Assembly (NCBI GenBank): GCA_037442925.1
Contig: JBBIPG010000035.1
Span: 1-23,178 of the forward strand
Direction: 5' to 3'
Length of the DNA stretch: 23,178 bases
Source: Candidatus Fraserbacteria bacterium
GTDB lineage: Bacteria; Bipolaricaulota; Bipolaricaulia; RBG-16-55-9
In this document: positions 16,197 to 23,178 of the stretch, piece by piece
Numbering within the stretch: the first letter of the stretch is position 1
How the letters are laid out: every line of letters begins with the position of its first letter
Made by a program: the position numbers and the translations under genes
The notes under the pieces: generated by a model
Database searches by the model: none
Told to the model about the DNA's origin: nothing
What the model saw: the letters and a program-made list of their open reading frames with translations, nothing else

Positions 16197-16225
16197 TTGT
16201 GAACCCCCCGAAGGCCGTGTATAAT
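16197..16225 (+). promoter_or_regulatory. sigma70-type promoter for the Zn peptidase gene
   Basis: TTGTGA (16197-16202), 17 nt, TATAAT (16220-16225); SD GAGGTGA downstream. Confidence 0.7.
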
Positions 16226-16252
16226 CTGCTCCGAAACTGAGGTGACCGAACG

Positions 16253-16957
16253 ATGTTCTTTGATCCACTTTGGCTGATCATGGTATCGCCAGCCTTACTC
16301 TTGGCCGTCTATGCGCAGTGGAAGGTTAAGAGCACCTATGCGCGTTACTCCCGAGTCGCTTCCTCCTCGGGACTGAACGCTCGCCAAGTAGCAGAGCGCA
16401 TCTTGGGGCACGGAGCGGTCAGCTTGGGGCAACCCGATCTGAGAAGCGTACGAGTGGCTGCTGTTGCCGGGACCTTGACTGATCACTACGACCCTAGGGA
16501 CAAAACTTTAAAACTCTCACAGCCTGACAGCCGCTCCCTGGCCGATATCGGCGTAGCCGCTCACGAGGCAGGCCATGCGCTCCAAGATGCAGCGCGATAT
16601 CAACCCTTGGTGTTGCGCTCGACCCTTGTGCCTGTAGCCCATTTTGGCAGCCAATTGGCATTGCCTCTGTTTTTCGCAGGATTCCTGCTGAAAATACCCA
16701 ATCTGGCGCTTCTGGGCATCGTCGCCTTTGCCGCGGCTGTGCTCTTCACGGTCGTCACGTTGCCCGTGGAATTTAACGCCAGCCGAAGGGCGATGAAGCT
16801 CCTCAAAGAGACAGGGGTTGTCACCTCCGGCTCCGAGCTTGCTGCCGTCGGCAAAGTGTTGAATGCCGCCGCGCTCACGTATGTGGCTTCCGCTGCCATG
16901 GCGGTGTTGCAGCTGCTCTACTACGTCTTGATATTCTTGCAAAGCTCACGACGCTAG
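16253..16957 (+). CDS. YugP-like membrane neutral zinc metallopeptidase (Zn_peptidase_2)
   Basis: LTDHYDP, VAAHEAGHALQ (HExxH), TLPVEFNASRRA, VLNAAALTYVA. Confidence 0.93.
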   Translation: MFFDPLWLIMVSPALLLAVYAQWKVKSTYARYSRVASSSGLNARQVAERILGHGAVSLGQPDLRSVRVAAVAGTLTDHYDPRDKTLKLSQPDSRSLADIGVAAHEAGHALQDAARYQPLVLRSTLVPVAHFGSQLALPLFFAGFLLKIPNLALLGIVAFAAAVLFTVVTLPVEFNASRRAMKLLKETGVVTSGSELAAVGKVLNAAALTYVASAAMAVLQLLYYVLIFLQSSRR

Positions 16958-16965
16958 AGGGCGCT

Positions 16966-17901
16966 TCAACACGACCAGACGTATAACAAGAGCGCTAATA
17001 CGGCTAACACAGTAAAGAGCCCGTACAGAACCCAGACTGTGCGACGATACCCCCAGTCTCTTCTAAGCAATTGGTGATGCAGGTGCTCCCGGTCGGCTTT
17101 GAAGATCGAACGTCCTGCACGTAACCGTCGGATGATGGCCCAAAACGTGTCTGCCAGAGGATAGCCCAGCAGCACCATCGGCACGAGCAGGGGCACTCTT
17201 TCCGAAGGCCCCCACTCCCTCTGCAACGCGGAAATGGTCAGTAGAGCGACCGTGAAGCCGAGAAAGTAACTACCACTGTCTCCCAAGAAGAGCCGCGCCG
17301 GATAGATATTGAACCGCAAGAAAACGATGGCCCCTCCCAAGAGCGCCAAGGAGAGCGCAAGCGCGCTGCCATTCCCCATCTGACTACTCAAGACGGCACT
17401 CGTTGCTGCAAGGATGATCGTAGCGCCAATGGCCAACCCGTCTAGTCCATCCATGAGGTTGAATGCATTCGTGATCCCAAGGAGCCATAGGAATGTGAAG
17501 GGAACTGCCAACAAGCCCAAGTCGACCTCGATTCCGAAAAGACAGACGGAGTGAAGGATGAACCCTCCCAAGAGTATCGGAAAGAGTGCAGCCAGCGATT
17601 GTCCCAAAAGTTTGCTACTTGCTGACAGTTCCCTGCGATCATCCATCAACCCCAGAAACGCTACGCCCAGAGCCCCGAATAGCCAACCCAAGAGATCGAG
17701 GGAGAGCGGCACGGCCAGAGGCAGAAAGCCCGCTAGACTGCCCAGGACGAGCGCCATACCACCAATCGGCGTCTCTCTCGCATGGGGCTTACGCTCACTG
17801 GGCCAGTCCACAAGTCCCAGTCGAGGCGCCCAGCGGAGCATCCCCCACGCGAGTAGATAGGTGACGATCGCAGAGATGATCGGGGCTATGAGAATGGGCA
17901 T
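16966..17901 (-). CDS. MraY/WecA/TagO-family undecaprenyl-phosphate GlcNAc-1-phosphate transferase
   Basis: RKPH..ETPIGG, GLMDD, NAFNLMDGLDGLA, FLGDSGS, ADREHLHH (WecA/TagO-type). Confidence 0.92.
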   Translation of the reverse strand: MPILIAPIISAIVTYLLAWGMLRWAPRLGLVDWPSERKPHARETPIGGMALVLGSLAGFLPLAVPLSLDLLGWLFGALGVAFLGLMDDRRELSASSKLLGQSLAALFPILLGGFILHSVCLFGIEVDLGLLAVPFTFLWLLGITNAFNLMDGLDGLAIGATIILAATSAVLSSQMGNGSALALSLALLGGAIVFLRFNIYPARLFLGDSGSYFLGFTVALLTISALQREWGPSERVPLLVPMVLLGYPLADTFWAIIRRLRAGRSIFKADREHLHHQLLRRDWGYRRTVWVLYGLFTVLAVLALLLYVWSC

Positions 17902-17973
17902 CGAGGCATTATACTCAACACGTTTTGGAGATTGGAATCTCCTCGTAAGACATGCTACGCTAACACAGTTCCC

Positions 17974-19011
17974 ATGTACTCACTCGAAACGCTCTGGGGT
18001 CAGGCGCTGGCCGATGGTCGATTGGCTCATGCGTATCTGATCGCAGGCGAAGGCGCTACCGCTGTAGCGCAAGAATTTCTCCTACGGATCTATTGCGAGC
18101 GCCGGTGTCGCGAGTGCGCGATTTGCCTGAAGATTCTTCATAGAACCCACCCGGACGTCCAGTGGATTCGCAAAGAGGGCAAGCGCATCAGCATCGACCA
18201 GATCCGCCAACTCCAGAAAGACGCCCGTTATCAACCGCTAGAGGCTCCACGCAAAGTCTATATCCTCGAGGGCGCGGAAGACCTAAGTGCAGAAGCAGCC
18301 AACAGTCTCCTCAAGATCTTGGAGTCTCCTCCGCAATACGTCACGTTTCTGCTCCTGACGCGTAGCGTAAGAGTACTGCCCACGATCCTCTCCCGCTGCC
18401 AGATCCTGCGACTCAAACCCCTCTCGCTCGCTGAGCTTCGCAAGATACTTGAGAGCCGAGGTTTCGATGAGCGAGAGACGGAATATATTCTGGCTTTGGT
18501 TCACGGGTTTCCCGAAAGGATCTCTTACTTCGAGCGTGAGGAAGTGAAACCTCTAGCGCGGAAGAGCGAAGCGCTCGAGCAACTCCGCGAACTCGGTGAC
18601 TTGGAGGTAGCCGAGTTCTTCGCACATGCCGAAGGGCTGATCCAGCAACGAGAAGCGACTCTTGAGCTGATCCGACGCTTGAGATCTCAGCCCCCCCATG
18701 CGGTGCTCGAAATGGCTCAGGCTTTGAGCAAGTTGAGCCCCGAAAGGCTCGAATTCTTTCTTGAGGAAGCCCTGCGTTGGTATCGAGATCTCGCCCTTGT
18801 CAACGAGAGCAAAGAACTGATCTTCAATCGAGACCGACTCGATGAACTCCACCAACAACGAGAGGATTGGGATACAGCTCAACTGGCTCTGGCGATGGAT
18901 TCACTGGCAGGCGTGCGCGAAGCATTGCAAGGGAACGCCAATATCCAACTCACCTTGGAATCTCTGCTCTTCAGGCTGGCCGACTCAGCAGCACGCCGCT
19001 CTGCCGGCTGA
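17974..19011 (+). CDS. holB: DNA polymerase III subunit delta'
   Basis: RLAHAYL, C4 Zn cluster ([11 protein letters not shown]), [32 protein letters not shown]. Confidence 0.92.
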   Translation: MYSLETLWGQALADGRLAHAYLIAGEGATAVAQEFLLRIYCERRCRECAICLKILHRTHPDVQWIRKEGKRISIDQIRQLQKDARYQPLEAPRKVYILEGAEDLSAEAANSLLKILESPPQYVTFLLLTRSVRVLPTILSRCQILRLKPLSLAELRKILESRGFDERETEYILALVHGFPERISYFEREEVKPLARKSEALEQLRELGDLEVAEFFAHAEGLIQQREATLELIRRLRSQPPHAVLEMAQALSKLSPERLEFFLEEALRWYRDLALVNESKELIFNRDRLDELHQQREDWDTAQLALAMDSLAGVREALQGNANIQLTLESLLFRLADSAARRSAG

Positions 19012-20302
19012 GTTTCTCTAAGGCCGCGATGAACGTCCTTTCGAGGATGGCCTCAATCACGATCTTGTCCGATTCGTAGCGTTCCTGATGAACCTTGCCC
19101 CATTCATGCAATTTTTCTACTAGACCTGCTTGAGAGTAGGGAATCTCTACGTGAACCCGTTCCCTCTGGGAATCTAACATCTGAGCTATTTCCCTAAGGA
19201 GCTGATCGAGGTTCAGCTTCTGCTGGGCGGAGATCTCAACGAGCGGCTGAATCTCTCGTCTCGCCCGCTCCAGACGGCTGAGATCTTCTGCCGTGACCAG
19301 CCGGTCTATCTTGTTCAGGACGTTCAGCATCGGTGGCCGAGGCTCCTCACCGAAGAGCTCCCCCAGCACGTGCTGAATGGTCTCGTGCTGCTCAAGGAGG
19401 CTCTTGCTCGAAGCATCCAGTACATTGAGCAGTACATCTGCCTCGCGGACGGAGTCCAGCGTGGAGTGGAATGCGGGCACTAGCTGGTGAGGCAGTTGGC
19501 GAATGAATCCCACGGTGTCAATGAAGACGACCTGCTGGCCGTGGGGGAGGCACGCCCGACGAGCTTTCGGGTCCAGAGTTGCGAAGAGCTTGTCTTCGAT
19601 GAGAGTTTCGGCGCCGCACAACGCCTGCAGCAAGGTGGACTTGCCGGTGTTGGTGTATCCGAGAATGGCGATCTCTGGCACGGAGCGCCTCAGGCGTTGC
19701 TTGCGCCGCAGTTTGCGCTCCTGTGCTGCCTGGGCCAATCGTTCTTTGATGCGATGAATGCGGCGATTGATCGCCTGCCGCTCCATCTCGAGCTTCGTCT
19801 CCCCCGGACCTCGAGTGCCGATGCCTGCACCCAGCTGTCCGAGCGCTTCCCCCCAACCGCGTAGTCGCGGCAGCAAGTATTCCAGTTGGGCTAACTCCAC
19901 TTGAAGTTTCGCCTCTTTGCTTTGAGCGCGCTGTGCAAAGATGTCCAAAATCAACTGGCTGCGATCGATGATCTTGACGCCGATCAGCTCTTCGAGATTT
20001 CGCCCCTGAGCCGGAGTGAGCGAGTCGTTGAAGATGATGGCATCCGCGTCCGTTTCCTTGCACAACTGCCGCAGCTGCTCAGCCTTGCCCTCCCCAATAA
20101 AAAACGAAGGGTCGGGCCTCGTGCGCCGCTGCAGGATCACGTGGAGCACCTCTACATCCGCCGTGCGACTCAGGGCGATAAGTTCTTCTATCGTCTCACG
20201 CTCTTCTGGGTCTCGGCCCTGAACCACCCCGACGAGAATCGCCTTCTCTCGGCCGTAGACCCGAGAACGTTCTCCAATTCGATCCTCAATCAAACGACTC
20301 AC
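18971..20302 (-). CDS. hflX: Ribosome-splitting GTPase HflX
   Basis: [61 protein letters not shown]. Confidence 0.97.
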   Translation of the reverse strand: MSRLIEDRIGERSRVYGREKAILVGVVQGRDPEERETIEELIALSRTADVEVLHVILQRRTRPDPSFFIGEGKAEQLRQLCKETDADAIIFNDSLTPAQGRNLEELIGVKIIDRSQLILDIFAQRAQSKEAKLQVELAQLEYLLPRLRGWGEALGQLGAGIGTRGPGETKLEMERQAINRRIHRIKERLAQAAQERKLRRKQRLRRSVPEIAILGYTNTGKSTLLQALCGAETLIEDKLFATLDPKARRACLPHGQQVVFIDTVGFIRQLPHQLVPAFHSTLDSVREADVLLNVLDASSKSLLEQHETIQHVLGELFGEEPRPPMLNVLNKIDRLVTAEDLSRLERARREIQPLVEISAQQKLNLDQLLREIAQMLDSQRERVHVEIPYSQAGLVEKLHEWGKVHQERYESDKIVIEAILERTFIAALEKLSRQSGVLLSRPA

Positions 20303-21555
20303 GACGAGACCACCTCAATCTCTGCTCCTAGGTGACGGAGCGTCCCTGCCAGATCACTATAACCGCGCAGAATATGCCCTTCTTCGTCATGCACCGTGGT
20401 CCTACCGCGTGCGGCTAAGCCAGCCAGCACAAGAGTTGCGCCCGCCCGGATATCCTGCGCTTCGACTTCCGCGCCGGTAAGCTCTTTGACCCCGTGGACG
20501 ATCGCTGTCTGCCCCCAAATGCGAATGTCGGCTCCCATGCGAACGAGCTCTCTCGCATACGAAAAACGATCTTCATAGATGGTCTCACGCACTCGACTCT
20601 CACCTTCCGTCACAGCCAGCAAAGGCACGAGGGGAGGATGCAAGTCGGTGGGAAAGCCCGGAAACGGTCGGGTCTCAATCTCCACAGGACGATACGCCGC
20701 AAATCCATTCCGGCTGACGATCACTCCTGTCGGTTGCTCTTTTAGATGCACACCCATCTGCTCCAGTGTAGTCAAGAGCGGGCGCAGGTGCCAGGGAATG
20801 CAGCGAATGAAGACTTCTCCGCCCGCTAAGGCGGTGGCGATCGTGTACGTGCCCGCACAGAGCCGATCGGGAATGACCCGGTGTGTTGCGCCACGCAGCT
20901 CATGGCCTCCCTCGATCTCGATGTGGCTGGAGTGTAGTTCGATCTGGGCGCCCAGCTTTCCCAAGAAATCAGCCAAATCATTGACTTCCGGTTCTTGCGC
21001 GGGGTTGCGAATGACGGTCCGACCGCGAATGCGCACCGCGGTCATCATCAAGTGTTCCGTGGCACCTACGGAGGGATAGCTCAAATGGATCTCAGCAGGT
21101 TGCAGGCGCTTTGTCCGCGCGAAGATGATCGCATCTTGCTGTTCGAGTTCTGCTCCCATAGCCTGAAGACCTTTCAAGTGAAGATCTACAGGTCTAAGGC
21201 CGATGGCATCTCCTCCGGGCAACGACACCTCTGCCTCGCCCACACGGGCGAGCAAAGGACCTAGCACCAAGAAGGAAGCTCTCATTCGGCGCACCAGAGC
21301 CTGAGGGGGTACGGCGCGGAGTTGACCGGCTGCGCGAATGCGATATTGTCCGTCTCCGAGATGCGCCACTCTCTTGCCCAGATGTTCCAGGATCGCGATG
21401 ATCGTCTGGACGTCCTTGAGAGCCGGGATGCCTTGCAGTACGATGTCGTCATCGGTGAGAAGAGTTGCCGCGAAGAGGGGTAGAGCGGAGTTCTTTGAGC
21501 CTTCGACAGCGATCTCACCCTGCAAGGGGCGGCCGCCGGTGATGAGGAGCTTCAT
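20299..21555 (-). CDS. murA: UDP-N-acetylglucosamine 1-carboxyvinyltransferase (Cys-to-Asp variant)
   Basis: [50 protein letters not shown]. Confidence 0.96.
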   Translation of the reverse strand: MKLLITGGRPLQGEIAVEGSKNSALPLFAATLLTDDDIVLQGIPALKDVQTIIAILEHLGKRVAHLGDGQYRIRAAGQLRAVPPQALVRRMRASFLVLGPLLARVGEAEVSLPGGDAIGLRPVDLHLKGLQAMGAELEQQDAIIFARTKRLQPAEIHLSYPSVGATEHLMMTAVRIRGRTVIRNPAQEPEVNDLADFLGKLGAQIELHSSHIEIEGGHELRGATHRVIPDRLCAGTYTIATALAGGEVFIRCIPWHLRPLLTTLEQMGVHLKEQPTGVIVSRNGFAAYRPVEIETRPFPGFPTDLHPPLVPLLAVTEGESRVRETIYEDRFSYARELVRMGADIRIWGQTAIVHGVKELTGAEVEAQDIRAGATLVLAGLAARGRTTVHDEEGHILRGYSDLAGTLRHLGAEIEVVSS

Positions 21556-21569
21556 TGCCTCCTGATAGA

Positions 21570-22883
21570 TTACTCGCTCTTCATGTTGTTTAGGAACTGC
21601 TCGTTGGTCTCCGTCTTGGCCATCTCGCTGAGGATGAAGGCGAGAGCTTTCTGCTTGTCGTTCATGTCTCCGATCATCTTGCGCAGAATCCAGACCCGGC
21701 GGCGGGTATCCGGATCTAAAAGGAGCTCCTCTTTGCGCGTGCTCGAGAGATCCAGATCAATGGCCGGGAAGATCCGTCGATTCGACAGGTTGCGGTCCAG
21801 CACCAGTTCCATGTTGCCCGTGCCCTTGAACTCCTCAAAGACCACTTGATCGAGCCGGGAACCCGTATCGATGAGGGCTGTCCCAATGACGGTGAGGCTG
21901 CCGCGGCTGGGCGGATGGCCGTTCTGATCGCGGGGAACAGTCAAGTCGACGATGCTCCTGGCGGCGCCGAAGAACTCCTTTGGCTTGTAAAGAGCCGTGG
22001 GGTCCATACCCCCGGAGAGGAGCTTCCCGCTCGGAGTGATCGAGAGGTTGTACGCGCGGGCCAGGCGCGTGATCGAATCCATCAGGATCACGACATCGAA
22101 GCCATGCTCGACGAGTCGCTTGGCTTTGGCGATCACGAGTTCAGAGATTCGTGTATGGATCTCTGGCTTCTGGTCGAAGGTAGCCCAGACGACTTCCGGC
22201 TCGTGTTTGAGCGGGTCAACGCCCTTCTCCAGCGAGAGCTTGATATCTGTCACTTCCTCCGGGCGCTCATCGACCAAGAGCACGATGAGGTAGATCTCGG
22301 GATGGTTGGCCATGATGCCGTGGGCGATGTTCTTTAAGAGTGTTGTCTTACCTGCCTTGGGAGGAGAGACGATCAGACCGCGCTGGCCTTTGCCAATGGG
22401 GGCAAAGAGATCCAGAATGCGCGTGGAGAACTCCTCCGGATCGTGCTCGAGTTTGATCTGCTGCGTGGGGTGATAGGGCGTTAGATCGCTGAAATCCGTG
22501 CGATGGCGAATCGTCTCCGGATCGTTGAAGTCGATCTCTTGGACCTTAAGGAGCGCGTAGTATTTCTCTTCCTCTTTGGGCGGGCGGACCTGGCCTCGCA
22601 CAATGTCGCCGTCCTTTAAGCCAAAGCGCTTGATCTGCGAGGGGCTTACATAAATGTCGTTCTTGCCCGGAAGACACGACTTGTCGCGCAAGAAGCCGTA
22701 GCCGTCGGGCAAGATCTCCAGCACACCGTCCTTGATGCTCAGCCCCTCCTTCTGGGCAATCGCATCCAGAATCGCCCAGACCAGCTCCTCTTTCTTCATC
22801 TGAGAGAGGCCGTTGATTCCGTACTGTTCAGCGAGATCCCTCAGTTCCTTCATGCTCTTGGACCTGAGGTCACTGATATCCAT
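21570..22883 (-). CDS. rho: Transcription termination factor Rho
   Basis: GVLEILPDGYGFLR, DIYVSPSQI, PIGKGQRGLIVSPPKAGKT, DERPEEVTD, DSITRLARAYN, FEEFKGTGNME. Confidence 0.98.
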   Translation of the reverse strand: MDISDLRSKSMKELRDLAEQYGINGLSQMKKEELVWAILDAIAQKEGLSIKDGVLEILPDGYGFLRDKSCLPGKNDIYVSPSQIKRFGLKDGDIVRGQVRPPKEEEKYYALLKVQEIDFNDPETIRHRTDFSDLTPYHPTQQIKLEHDPEEFSTRILDLFAPIGKGQRGLIVSPPKAGKTTLLKNIAHGIMANHPEIYLIVLLVDERPEEVTDIKLSLEKGVDPLKHEPEVVWATFDQKPEIHTRISELVIAKAKRLVEHGFDVVILMDSITRLARAYNLSITPSGKLLSGGMDPTALYKPKEFFGAARSIVDLTVPRDQNGHPPSRGSLTVIGTALIDTGSRLDQVVFEEFKGTGNMELVLDRNLSNRRIFPAIDLDLSSTRKEELLLDPDTRRRVWILRKMIGDMNDKQKALAFILSEMAKTETNEQFLNNMKSE

Positions 22884-23017
22884 CAGATGGTTCCCTCCTC
22901 CATAGGCTGGGAGTGTTCCGTGATGTCAAACTTCCCTGAGCGTGAGATGATCGGGTAATGACATGTCAAATCGGCTGGAAATGAAAAGGGTCTATTTCAC
23001 CTCGGTTGTCAAGGTGT

Positions 23018-23046
23018 ATTATAGCGCCTCGATGCTGTTTTGACAA
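23018..23046 (-). promoter_or_regulatory. sigma70-type promoter for the rho-murA-hflX unit
   Basis: TTGTCA (23046-23041), 17 nt, TATAAT (23023-23018), giving a leader of about 130 nt. Confidence 0.7.
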
Positions 23047-23055
23047 GGGGTCGAA

Positions 23056-23112
23056 TTGCCTCATCAAAAAAGTACTCCAAACGGGATCGTTGCCTCAGGT
23101 AAGAAAGTACTC
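23056..23112 (+). repeat. Two-copy bipartite direct repeat TTGCCTCA-N5/6-AAAGTACTC
   Basis: Copies at 23056-23077 and 23090-23112. Confidence 0.7.
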
Positions 23113-23159
23113 GAACCCGAGAGGAGGTTTTGGTTGTCTCTCAGAGCAAGGAGGCAACC

Positions 23160-23178
23160 ATGGAACTGACCATGAGGC
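23160..23178 (+). CDS. Start of a CDS truncated by the window edge (MELTMR...)
   Basis: SD AAGGAGG (23148-23154) 5 nt before ATG 23160. Confidence 0.55.

Noticed and set aside
1..23178. CRISPR array, rRNA, prophage genes, and the many short antisense ORFs
   Set aside because: No regularly spaced repeat array, rRNA or phage motifs were seen; the short ORFs are shadows of well-supported genes in GC-rich DNA.

Overview
23-kb bacterial chromosomal segment, mostly housekeeping: metK, an M42 aminopeptidase, prfA, rnc, a YugP-like Zn peptidase, a TagO/WecA-like transferase, holB, hflX, murA and rho. It also carries three minus-strand tRNAs (Glu-UUC, Arg-CCU, Gln-UUG), a TetR-associated HAAT/Liv-type ABC importer with two Tat-exported binding proteins, two MFS transporters and a PPP-family phosphatase. 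A small accessory patch at about 13.9-15.3 kb holds an IS1-type miniature element, a putative toxin-antitoxin pair and an acidic orphan gene. The most unusual feature is the tRNA-Glu(UUC) gene at 48-144: it has its own near-consensus promoter and intact arms, but 24 extra nt in the T-loop, which resemble its own 3' trailer. Other notable points are two tRNAs that directly precede SD-less CDSs (rnc and an MFS), a Cys-to-Asp MurA of the fosfomycin-resistant type, an 81-bp MITE-like element with a CTA duplication at a stop codon, and several leaderless genes. All calls come from reading the sequence and motifs by eye; no searches were run.
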